From contig NYYS01000052.1 in NCBI GenBank assembly GCA_002685855.1, forward strand, positions 1 to 48,768: a stretch of 48,768 nt of DNA, given 5' to 3'. This document shows, piece after piece, positions 8,859 through 16,529 of the stretch. How positions within the stretch are numbered: position 1 is the first letter of the stretch; every line of letters starts with the position of its first letter. This DNA comes from Candidatus Woesearchaeota archaeon. Its GTDB lineage: Archaea > Nanobdellota > Nanobdellia > Woesearchaeales > GCA-2685855. Both the position numbers and the translations under genes were made by a program. The notes under the pieces are model-generated. The model saw only the letters and a program-made list of their open reading frames with translations, did not search any database and was not told the DNA's origin.

Positions 8859-9010
8859 AGTAGTATTCACCCCCTATGTTATGCTATTTTATAGAGATGG
8901 AGGTATTTAAAGCTTTTGGAATCCGCCCCCCCCCAAAAAAAAATTTATAAAGGGAACCACCCATTAATAAGTATAATAGTGTGTAAGTAATAGTGTGTGA
9001 GGTATAAAAA

Positions 9011-9217
9011 ATGGATAATTCAATAGTATTAGTAAGCATTGTTGGTGTTGTAGCTGTTGTGGCGCTCTTTACTATGGTGTATGGAGGGGGCTCTGTAGCA
9101 GATAGCCAAAAGGAAAATATAGGAGGACAGGCAACTACTTTTTCTGGGGGAGAAAGTGGCCATTGCGTTATATGTGAGGAAGGTGAAGAATGTGAATTTG
9201 GAGAGTACTTAACGTAG
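9011..9217 (+). CDS. Small membrane-anchored or secreted peptide with a C-terminal acidic Cys motif (hypothetical)
   Basis: 68-aa ORF with GAGGT 7 nt upstream of the ATG. It has an N-terminal hydrophobic helix (IVLVSIVGVVAVVALFTMV), then a G/S-rich segment ending CVICEEGEECEFGEY. The overlapping antisense ORF 8884-9282 translates to P/S/T-rich junk. Confidence 0.4.
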   Translation: MDNSIVLVSIVGVVAVVALFTMVYGGGSVADSQKENIGGQATTFSGGESGHCVICEEGEECEFGEYLT

Positions 9218-9334
9218 GGGAATGCCTGTATAGATGGATATTGAGGGGGTAGAATTTTATAGAACACTGAATTAAGCAACATTTTTTCTTTTCTTCTTCT
9301 AAAACCTTTTAAATAGTGCTGATTCTCTTAGAAT

Positions 9335-10375
9335 ATGAAGATTTTAAAGAAGGATATGAAACAGGAGGAACGGCTGCTTCTGGTTGAGAGCAGTGATGAT
9401 CTTTGGTATCTGAGTCATCTGATCGATCCTGAAGACAGAGTTAAAGGGAAGACTGAGCGGAAGATTAAGATAGGGAAGGAGGGGGATAGGAATATGAATG
9501 TTGTGCGGAAGCCGGTTACGCTTACTGTGAAGGTAGAGAAGGTGGAGTTTCAGGAGTATGGGAGCAATCTAAAGGTGTTGGGAACGATTGTGGATGGGCC
9601 GGACGATGTTCCAAGGGGGGATCATCATAGTTTTAGTGTTGAGATTGGGGATCAGCTCTGGGTGAAGAAGGAGGCTTGGCTGCCGTATCATCTTGAACAG
9701 TTGAAGGATGCTACAAAGCAGGCGGGAACGATTCTTATCTGTCTGTTTGACCGGGAGGAAGCTGCTTTTTATCTTTTGGAACGCAAGGGTATTCAGTTGT
9801 TGAGTCGGTTGAAGGGGAGTGTGCAGAAGAAGGATTATGAGAGCAAAGAGGGGAAGGATTTCTGGCAGGAGATTGTGAAACAGGTATGTGAGTATGATAA
9901 AAAGCATAAAAGCACTACAATTATTCTTGGAAGTCCTGCGTTCTGGAAGGACTATGTTCTGAAAGTATTATCTGATGATGTAAAGAAGAAGGTTATTCCT
10001 ACGAGCTGTTCTGATCTTGGTGAAGGCGGTGTAAAGGAGATCATGAAGCGGCCTGAGTTGAAGGCTGCGTTGGAGAAGGATAAAACAGCTAAAGAAGAGG
10101 CTCTTGTTGAGTCTGCACTGGCTGCTCTTCCGAAGAGTATGCTTGCCTATGGTTTACAGGAGGTGCGTGAGGCTGCTGAGCAGGGGAATGCAAAGGTTGT
10201 GTTGGTTACAACGGAATGTATTCAGAAGGCGCGCCAGGAAGAGAAGTATAAGGAGCTGGATCAGGTTCTGAAACAGACAAGCCAGTCACAGGGAGAGGTT
10301 CATATTCTTACGCTCATAACAAAAAAGATCGATGCCCTGGGCGGCATTGCGGCGATTAAACGATGGAGCTCATAG
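9335..10375 (+). CDS. pelA: Pelota (aDom34) ribosome-rescue / mRNA surveillance factor
   Basis: 346 aa. The N-terminus MKILKKDMKQEE..LLVESSDDLWYLSHLIDPEDRV is typical of Pelota, and length and domain layout fit. TATA-like CCTTTTAAATAG lies about 25 nt upstream, which suggests a leaderless transcript. Confidence 0.9.
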   Translation: MKILKKDMKQEERLLLVESSDDLWYLSHLIDPEDRVKGKTERKIKIGKEGDRNMNVVRKPVTLTVKVEKVEFQEYGSNLKVLGTIVDGPDDVPRGDHHSFSVEIGDQLWVKKEAWLPYHLEQLKDATKQAGTILICLFDREEAAFYLLERKGIQLLSRLKGSVQKKDYESKEGKDFWQEIVKQVCEYDKKHKSTTIILGSPAFWKDYVLKVLSDDVKKKVIPTSCSDLGEGGVKEIMKRPELKAALEKDKTAKEEALVESALAALPKSMLAYGLQEVREAAEQGNAKVVLVTTECIQKARQEEKYKELDQVLKQTSQSQGEVHILTLITKKIDALGGIAAIKRWSS

Positions 10376-11154
10376 AAGAGATTAAAAAGAAGGTTGAGTA
10401 TCGGTCGTTGCCTGATGCTTTTGTAGAAGGATTTCTTTCAGCAGAGCTTAAGGAGAGGAAGCTAACTGAAGAGGAGATAAAGAATCCAAAGAATAGAAAC
10501 CATAAGGCTGTTGTGAGCAGTGTGCGTTCTAAGTTACGTGAGGTGTATGGTGCTTTTTTATTGAACGATTATCGAAAGCTTCCTGAACTAATCAATAGAC
10601 TCGATGAAACGGCAGAAGTAAACGACTTTGTTCGGATCCTGAAAGCACATCGATCAACAAAGGAACGGGTTAAGGTGTATCCTTTCCTGTATGAACAGAT
10701 CTTTAAGATTACAGGGAAGCCAAAGAGCATTCTTGATCTTGCGTGTGGATTAAATCCTGTGAGTTACTGTTTTCTTGGGTGTCATCCGGAGTATTATGCA
10801 TACGAGTTAACAGAGAGGGATGCAGATCTGTTAAATCAGTTTTTTATGAAAGTAAAAATAAAGGGAAAATGTGATGCTGCTGATCTGACAAAAAATGGAA
10901 AATTTCCAAAAACAGATCTTTGTTTTTTATTTAAGGCAGTTGACACATTAGAAACCGTCCAGAAGGGAAGCGTAAAGTCTCTTCTTTCAAAAATAAAATC
11001 AGAATGGCTTGTTGTGAGTTTTCCGTCTAAGAGTCTTGGAGGAAAGAAACCTATTCCTGCATCTAAAAGGAAATGGTTTGAAAGACTTCTTGAAAAAAAG
11101 GAGTGGCAGATTGTGGAAACTGAGAACGAGCTTTTTTATATTGTTAAAAATTAA
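10363..11154 (+). CDS. 16S rRNA (guanine1405-N7)-methyltransferase-like protein (Arm/Rmt/FmrO family homolog)
   Basis: 263 aa with motifs AHRSTKER, ILDLACGLNPVSY, LCFLFKAVDTLE, VVSFPSKSLGGKK and ELFYIVKN. They are colinear with the RmtB/ArmA motifs I recall (HASTKER, VLDIACGLNP, SFPTRSLGG, ELIYLIKKN). The gene overlaps the pelota 3' end by 13 nt. Confidence 0.8.
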   Translation: MELIEEIKKKVEYRSLPDAFVEGFLSAELKERKLTEEEIKNPKNRNHKAVVSSVRSKLREVYGAFLLNDYRKLPELINRLDETAEVNDFVRILKAHRSTKERVKVYPFLYEQIFKITGKPKSILDLACGLNPVSYCFLGCHPEYYAYELTERDADLLNQFFMKVKIKGKCDAADLTKNGKFPKTDLCFLFKAVDTLETVQKGSVKSLLSKIKSEWLVVSFPSKSLGGKKPIPASKRKWFERLLEKKEWQIVETENELFYIVKN

Positions 11155-11300
11155 GGATGTAATCACCACTTTTTCCGACGAATTAGTGTGGAAAACTACT
11201 ATCACTGGATTGTGAAAAATCGTAACATATAAATAGTAGTTATACAAAATAGTGAGTAAAAAGGGGTGAAGTAAAAAATCCTACTTTTTGGAGGTAGAGA

Positions 11301-12104
11301 ATGATCGTGAAAGAAGAATTCTTAAGCAAGTTGCGTCGATACTTCTCTCTAAACTTGTATGAAGTAAAGATCTGGACAGCATTGCTGTCAAGAGGGGTTA
11401 GTACTGCGGGGGAACTTTCTGATATTGCTAACGTGCCACGGAGCCGAAGCTATGATGTGTTGGAAAGTCTTGAAAAAAAGGGCTTTGTTGTAATGAAGTT
11501 AGGCAAGCCTATCAAGTATATCTCGGTGCCTCCCAAAGAGGTCTTAGAACGAGTTAAGAAGAATGTCAAATCAGACGCTGATGAAAAGATAAAAAGACTT
11601 TCGAGCCTAAAAAGCGGGGAAGTTGTGGAAGAGCTAAATAGTTTGCACACGCAAGGGGTTGAATTGGTAGAACCTTCTGACCTGAGCGGAAGCTTAAAGG
11701 GAAGACATAATCTTTACAACCATCTTGAGCTCACCATCAGGAATGCAGAGAACTCGGTGATTATTATGACAACATCACAAGGACTTTTGCGAAAGGTGGA
11801 AGGGTTAAAACCTGTTTTTGAGCAGATCAAGAAACGCGGTGTAAATATTAGAATTGCTGCACCATTGACAAAGGAGACAGATGATGCTGTGAAAGACATA
11901 AAGGGTGTTGCCGAAGTTCGAAACACAACCAGCAAGGCACGCTTCTGTGTTGTGGATGGAAAAGAGGTCATGTTCATGGTAATGAATGACTCAGATGTTC
12001 ATCCCACCTATGATGTTGGTATCTGGGTAAATACGCCCTTCTTTGCATCTGCACTATCTGAGCTTTTTGACACAGCCTGGAAAGGTATGAAGATAAAGGC
12101 TTAA
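11301..12104 (+). CDS. TrmB-family transcriptional regulator
   Basis: 267 aa. The N-terminal wHTH (LNLYEVKIWTALLSRGVSTAGELSDIANVPRSRSYDVLESLEKKGFV) is characteristic of TrmB. The C-terminal domain has a TrmB-like length. GGAGGT lies upstream of the ATG. Confidence 0.85.
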   Translation: MIVKEEFLSKLRRYFSLNLYEVKIWTALLSRGVSTAGELSDIANVPRSRSYDVLESLEKKGFVVMKLGKPIKYISVPPKEVLERVKKNVKSDADEKIKRLSSLKSGEVVEELNSLHTQGVELVEPSDLSGSLKGRHNLYNHLELTIRNAENSVIIMTTSQGLLRKVEGLKPVFEQIKKRGVNIRIAAPLTKETDDAVKDIKGVAEVRNTTSKARFCVVDGKEVMFMVMNDSDVHPTYDVGIWVNTPFFASALSELFDTAWKGMKIKA

Positions 12105-12128
12105 ATAGTTCCTTTTTTTCTTTTTTTT

Positions 12129-12494
12129 ATGGTTTTTTCTAAGACGTTACTAGAAGCTCAAAAGGAGGTTGAAGAGTTCTTAGTAGAAAGAGATTGGCTT
12201 CCAAAAGACAGAGAGGGAAGATACTATACGCTTGCACATATGACTGAGGAGTTGGGAGAGGTGGCACGGTGTGTGACTCTTATTGAAAGTAGGCGCGGAG
12301 ATAAGGACAAAGAGAGATATCAAGAAGATCTTAGGATGGAACTCGGTGATCTTCTTTATCATATATTTAAGATATCTTTGGCATACAAGATCGATGTTGC
12401 TGATGCCTTTGCGTTTATTATGGAAAAGAACAAGAAGAAATATCCTGTTGAGACCTATGCGAAAAAGGGACAACACGATGGGGATCAACCTTAG
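12129..12494 (+). CDS. MazG-like nucleotide pyrophosphohydrolase domain protein
   Basis: 121 aa. The motifs LAHMTEELGEVAR ... ELGDLLYHIFKISLAYKIDVADAFAFIMEKNKKKY match the all-alpha NTP pyrophosphatase (MazG) EExxE/D pattern. Confidence 0.8.
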   Translation: MVFSKTLLEAQKEVEEFLVERDWLPKDREGRYYTLAHMTEELGEVARCVTLIESRRGDKDKERYQEDLRMELGDLLYHIFKISLAYKIDVADAFAFIMEKNKKKYPVETYAKKGQHDGDQP

Positions 12495-12640
12495 ATAGCA
12501 GGTATATTCACCAGAAGAGGGGAGTTAAAGGAAGATTAGATATTCACATCTCAACCACTTTTGAGGGGGATGATAAGGAGTTCTGACATTTCCGTGATTT
12601 TAATGAAAAGTTATTTATAGTTTCAAGATAATCTGAGGTC

Positions 12641-12850
12641 ATGACAAAATATACTATATTAATTGAGAAAGATGAAGATGGATGGCTAGTTTCTGAAGTG
12701 GTTGAGTTACCCGGGTGTCACACTCAGGCTAAAACCATGGATCAGCTCCTAGAGAGGACTAAAGAAGCCATTAAAGCTTACTTGGGAGATGAAGAGTTCA
12801 CTCCGGAAATCGTTCAAGAGTTTGTCGGTGTACAAACACTAGAGGTTTGA
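12641..12850 (+). CDS. hicB: HicB-family antitoxin (UPF0150-like)
   Basis: 69 aa. YTILIEKDEDGWLVSEVVELPGCHTQAKTMDQLLERTKEAIKAYL is a typical HicB N-terminal fold sequence. Its stop overlaps the hicA start region. Confidence 0.85.
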   Translation: MTKYTILIEKDEDGWLVSEVVELPGCHTQAKTMDQLLERTKEAIKAYLGDEEFTPEIVQEFVGVQTLEV

Positions 12851-13086
12851 TTTTCTTGAAGTTACCTAGTTTAACAGGAAAGAACGTAGCTAAGATAATA
12901 GAAAAGTTTGGTTTTGTCTATGGCCACACCACAGGAAGTCATATGATCTATAAACACCCTGATGGAAGAAGAACAACCATTCCACATCATTCAGGAGAAG
13001 AAATTGGTCCTGGACTTTTAAGTAAGATCATTAAAAAGGATTTAGGATTGACAAGAGATGAATTTTTTAAAATGATCAAAAAGTAA
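12847..13086 (+). CDS. hicA: HicA-family mRNA interferase toxin
   Basis: KLPSLTGKNVAKIIEKFGFVYGHTTGSHMIYKHPDGRRTTIPHHSG matches the HicA (YcfA) dsRBD-like motif. Start is TTG at 12847 (track) or, more likely, TTG at 12856 (MKLPSL), 10 nt after GAGGT. Confidence 0.85.
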   Translation: MIFLKLPSLTGKNVAKIIEKFGFVYGHTTGSHMIYKHPDGRRTTIPHHSGEEIGPGLLSKIIKKDLGLTRDEFFKMIKK

Positions 13087-13130
13087 CAGGAACATTATTT
13101 GCCCTTAGACCGATTGTTAGATTGAGTTCT

Positions 13131-14804
13131 TCACAAAGTCTTAGAAAAAACTTCCCACAACTCAGATAAATTTAGCTCGAAGCAGGCAGTAGGGAATTCG
13201 ATATTGAAGTTTGATAGTACCTGTGGATGAAGTTCTCCGATGTAGGCGAGTTTTGTTTTTCCTGCAGAGACGCGGCCGACTCTTCCTGGTATAAAGCTTG
13301 GATGGGTTGTAGGTTCTACTTTGTAGGTGAGATCTAGAGCCTGAAAGAGGCCATCAAGGATCTGTCTGGCATCTGTATAATTTGTTTCTGCACCGCAGAG
13401 AAGGATGGCCACTCTTTCCTGTTCGAGGATTCCTGTTTCTTGTGAAGGGTCTATTTTGAATATTGTTCCGAGGTCAAAGAGGTTTTGTGGGTATTCGTGG
13501 TGTTTGTTTCGTTCAAGGGTTTCCAGGACAGAGGGGATCATCCATGCACGAAGAATGTTGAATTCTGTGTTCATGCAGGAATCGAGTTCTGCTAGGGGAA
13601 TGGATGTCAGCATCTTTGTTGACTGGTTTTCCTTGTTTGTAAGATGGAATGATTTTACTTCTACGAGTTCGAATCCTATTAAAAGGTTGGCGATGCGTTC
13701 TTTGAATCGTTCGTAGCTGTTTTCGTAGGCAAGAGTAGAGACGTTTGGAATTTCTGGTTTGAGATTGTCATAACCGTAGGCAATTGCGACATCCTCTGCA
13801 ATGTCACAGGGGTGAAGAATGTCTCCTCTGTAACAGGGGATGGAAAGTTCTCCCTTTTTGTATCCATATCCCATTCGTTCAAGGCAATCTTTTAGTTCTG
13901 TTTCAGAAAGATTGAGTCCGATGAGCTTGTTGATGTGGTTTCTGTCGATCTTCATCTTTTTAGGTTTTGTGTCAGGTGTTGTGATCTTGCCTGTTTTGTC
14001 TTTATAGTGAACGTCCATGGTGTAGATCTGTCCTCCCATCTCTGAGAGAGCGGTCATGATCATGGTGAATGCACGTGATATTGTTGGGAGGTCTGTTCCT
14101 GTGACTTCAACAAACACATCTTTTGTGTGTTCGGTGATCTTTCCTAGTTCGTGTGCATTGATGATGGGTGGCATAGAGAGGATCTTGTTCTTTGCATCTC
14201 TGAAGAGAGGGAAGCGTTTCCAGTCCTGGCAGATGGATGCATATTTTCTGCCGGTTGGATGTTTTGAAAGGATCTGTCTGCCGGTTATCTCTGAGGGGTA
14301 TTCTAAGGGACGAAATTTGAAGGTGTCTGGGTTTTCTGCAGTAAATATGATTGGGAAGGAGATCTTTTCAAGGGGGTAGATACCGATTCCGCCTTTTTTT
14401 CTGTTTCTGAGATAGGTGATGCCGAGTTTTTCCTGAATCTGGATAATCTCTTTTATCTTTGCATCAGAGAGTTTCAATCCTTTAATGATTCCGGTGACGA
14501 CGTAAGGCCATTCCTTTGCTGTGTTCTTTACTATGTTTTTTTCATTGCTATTTTTTGTTGGGAAGGTTGCGAGTCCTTTTTTTATTCCTATGAATGATGA
14601 GAGTGCGCGTGCAAATCCCTGTTCTGAAAGCAGGTCGGGTCTGTTGGGAAATATTTCTACCTCTATTTCCTCTTTTGTGATCTTTTCGAGGTCTGTTCCG
14701 AGCATGCTAATTCTGTCTGCAAGTTTGTCGTCAGGCAGTGCTTTGCCTACAAGTTTGAGGACCTCTTTTTTGTTTAGTGTTACCTTTGGCATTAAAGCAT
14801 CCAC
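13131..14804 (-). CDS. pheT: Phenylalanine--tRNA ligase beta subunit (archaeal type)
   Basis: About 553-557 aa. MPKVTLNKKEVLKLVGK...IEVEIFPNRPDLLS is a typical archaeal PheT N-terminus. Start is ATG 14804 or ATG 14792 (a TAATG overlap with the pheS stop). Confidence 0.9.
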   Translation of the reverse strand: MDALMPKVTLNKKEVLKLVGKALPDDKLADRISMLGTDLEKITKEEIEVEIFPNRPDLLSEQGFARALSSFIGIKKGLATFPTKNSNEKNIVKNTAKEWPYVVTGIIKGLKLSDAKIKEIIQIQEKLGITYLRNRKKGGIGIYPLEKISFPIIFTAENPDTFKFRPLEYPSEITGRQILSKHPTGRKYASICQDWKRFPLFRDAKNKILSMPPIINAHELGKITEHTKDVFVEVTGTDLPTISRAFTMIMTALSEMGGQIYTMDVHYKDKTGKITTPDTKPKKMKIDRNHINKLIGLNLSETELKDCLERMGYGYKKGELSIPCYRGDILHPCDIAEDVAIAYGYDNLKPEIPNVSTLAYENSYERFKERIANLLIGFELVEVKSFHLTNKENQSTKMLTSIPLAELDSCMNTEFNILRAWMIPSVLETLERNKHHEYPQNLFDLGTIFKIDPSQETGILEQERVAILLCGAETNYTDARQILDGLFQALDLTYKVEPTTHPSFIPGRVGRVSAGKTKLAYIGELHPQVLSNFNIEFPTACFELNLSELWEVFSKTL

Positions 14805-16324
14805 TCCTTCATTTCTCTTACCTGTTGAAGATCGTTTCTGTAAAGTTGTCTGATGTCGTTAAGTTTGTAGTAGTCTGATATGATGCGGGGGAATCCGAGG
14901 CCCCATGCAAGGACAGGGATGTCTTTTCCAAGTAAGGGGACGACGACTTCAGGACGGAATACTCCTGCTCCGCCGAGTTCGATCCATGTTTTGTGTTTTG
15001 GGTGATAGACATCTACTTCTACGCTAGGTTCTGTATAGGGGAAGTGTGCAGGGCGGAATCGTACTTTTTCAAACCCCATCTTGATAAAGAACTGTTTAAG
15101 GTAGCCGAGAAGGTGGCGGAGGTTTGCGTTTTCATCTATGACAATGCAGTCTGTCTGGTAGAACTCAAAGAGGTGTGACCAGTCGAGTGATTCGTTTCGA
15201 AAGCATTTTCCCAGTGAGAAGTATTTTTTGGGAAGGTCTTTGATATCGAGTTTAGCTAATGTTTGTGCAGAAAGTGCGGTTGTGTGTGTTCGTAGTACGG
15301 TTCGTTTTGCATCTTTTGGGTCCCATGCGTAGTTCCAACCGGTGCTGGGAATTTTTCCTCCTGTTTCATGCATTGTTTTGACATCTTGCACGAGTTTATC
15401 GTTCGGGAGTTTAGATCTATTTGGCTTCTTGAGATAGAAGGTATCTTGCAAATCTCTTACCGGATGATCTTGTGCAGTAAAGAGTGCATCGAAGTTCCAG
15501 AAGGAGGATTGGACCATGGTGCCGGTCATCTCTTCGAAACCCATGTCGAGCCAGACCTGTTTTACATATCTGAGTGCGCCGCCTACGAAATGTCTTTTTC
15601 CTCGCGGTCTGCTTGGGACGTTGATGCTGACATCGAATGCGCGGAACTCTTTTCCTTTCCAGGTTCTGTTCTTCAGCATTTCGGGTGTGAGTTTTTCTTC
15701 GTAGGCTGTTGTTGTGAGGCCGGCTGCTACTTTTTTTCCTTGCGGGGTAATTTTTACATTGATTTTTTTCTTTGTTTCGATCTTGAGCAGGCCTCTTTTT
15801 TTGAGAAGATCGTAGCCAAATTTTTCTTCAGGTGTGAGTTTGGATTCGATTTTGGGAAAAGGGCTGTGGAGGAAGACCTCTTCAAGCCATTCTTTTTCTT
15901 TTATCTTTTTTCCCTGGTCTGTGAGTTTGATCTGGAGGCCATCTGTTTTTGTGATCTCTATGGCTGCCTTTTGTTTGAGCATGCCGATCGAGATGTTGAG
16001 CTCCTGGTTTGAGAGTTTGGCTCGTTGGATTAGTGTATCTACGGGTTGGAATTGGTCTGAAAGGGCGTTAAGAAGTCTTCGTTCAGGCAGGCCGTTCTGG
16101 ACGATCTGCTCTGCTGTTTCGTTTGCCAGGACGATCTGCTCTGTTTTAGATCCTGTGAGTGTGAGCAGGGATTTGTTTGAGAGCCATTGAAGGGCTCGGA
16201 TAACCTCTACCTCTTGGAGACCGGAGACGATGATCAGCTCCTCTGCTGTGGGGTTTTTTGGGATGAGAGGGAGTATGGCTCGTTCTAGGCGGTGCAGTGT
16301 TTTTCCCAGGTCCTCTGCGTTCAT
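14792..16324 (-). CDS. pheS: Phenylalanine--tRNA ligase alpha subunit
   Basis: 510 aa. N-terminal wHTH repeats are followed by a class II catalytic core (RTHTTALSAQTL, FSLGKCFRNE, GAGVFRPEVV, AWGLGFPRI). Confidence 0.92.
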   Translation of the reverse strand: MNAEDLGKTLHRLERAILPLIPKNPTAEELIIVSGLQEVEVIRALQWLSNKSLLTLTGSKTEQIVLANETAEQIVQNGLPERRLLNALSDQFQPVDTLIQRAKLSNQELNISIGMLKQKAAIEITKTDGLQIKLTDQGKKIKEKEWLEEVFLHSPFPKIESKLTPEEKFGYDLLKKRGLLKIETKKKINVKITPQGKKVAAGLTTTAYEEKLTPEMLKNRTWKGKEFRAFDVSINVPSRPRGKRHFVGGALRYVKQVWLDMGFEEMTGTMVQSSFWNFDALFTAQDHPVRDLQDTFYLKKPNRSKLPNDKLVQDVKTMHETGGKIPSTGWNYAWDPKDAKRTVLRTHTTALSAQTLAKLDIKDLPKKYFSLGKCFRNESLDWSHLFEFYQTDCIVIDENANLRHLLGYLKQFFIKMGFEKVRFRPAHFPYTEPSVEVDVYHPKHKTWIELGGAGVFRPEVVVPLLGKDIPVLAWGLGFPRIISDYYKLNDIRQLYRNDLQQVREMKEWML

Positions 16325-16344
16325 AGGGTCTGTGAGGAGGGTTT

Positions 16345-16356
16345 CTTTATATAAGT
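16345..16356 (-). promoter_or_regulatory. TATA box candidate for pheS-pheT (leaderless)
   Basis: The minus strand reads ACTTATATAAAG, centred about 26 nt upstream of the pheS ATG (16324). Confidence 0.5.
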
Positions 16357-16370
16357 TTTGTGGATTGTTT

Positions 16371-16393
16371 GGGTTGGGAGTGGGAGGAGAGGG
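16371..16393 (+). other. G-quadruplex-type motif (four G3 runs)
   Basis: GGGTTGGGAGTGGGAGGAGAGGG has G3 runs at 16371, 16376, 16382 and 16391 with loops of 2, 3 and 6 nt. It lies directly 5' of iteron set 1. Confidence 0.4.
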
Positions 16394-16396
16394 TTT

Positions 16397-16451
16397 GTCT
16401 CAGAACTGTCTCAGAGTCGTCTCAGAACCATCTCAGAACCGTCTCAGCCCG
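16397..16451 (+). repeat. Iteron set 1: five tandem 11-bp repeats with core GTCTCAG
   Basis: GTCTCAG at 16397, 16408, 16419 and 16441, plus ATCTCAG at 16430. The period is exactly 11 bp (GTCTCAGAACN). Confidence 0.9.
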
Positions 16452-16529
16452 AAGACCTTTTTAAATAAACAACACCCCCTTATTTCCACTGGAACAGGAC
16501 TTAGAAGGGCTGTAGGTGTGAGCATGTTT

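Noticed and set aside
8884-9282. 132-aa minus-strand ORF covering the 8871-9334 intergenic region
   Set aside because: The translation is P/S/T-rich with no signal or ribosome-binding site, and it runs through the promoter region with the homopolymer tracts. The overlapping plus-strand 68-aa ORF has a GAGGT site and a TM helix and is the better, though still weak, candidate.
15368-16012. 214-aa plus-strand ORF (and neighbours 15516-15704, 15834-16190, 16230-16607) opposite pheS
   Set aside because: It lies entirely antisense to a well-supported PheRS alpha gene. The translation is Phe/Cys/Leu-rich with no recognisable motif. This is a typical shadow ORF.
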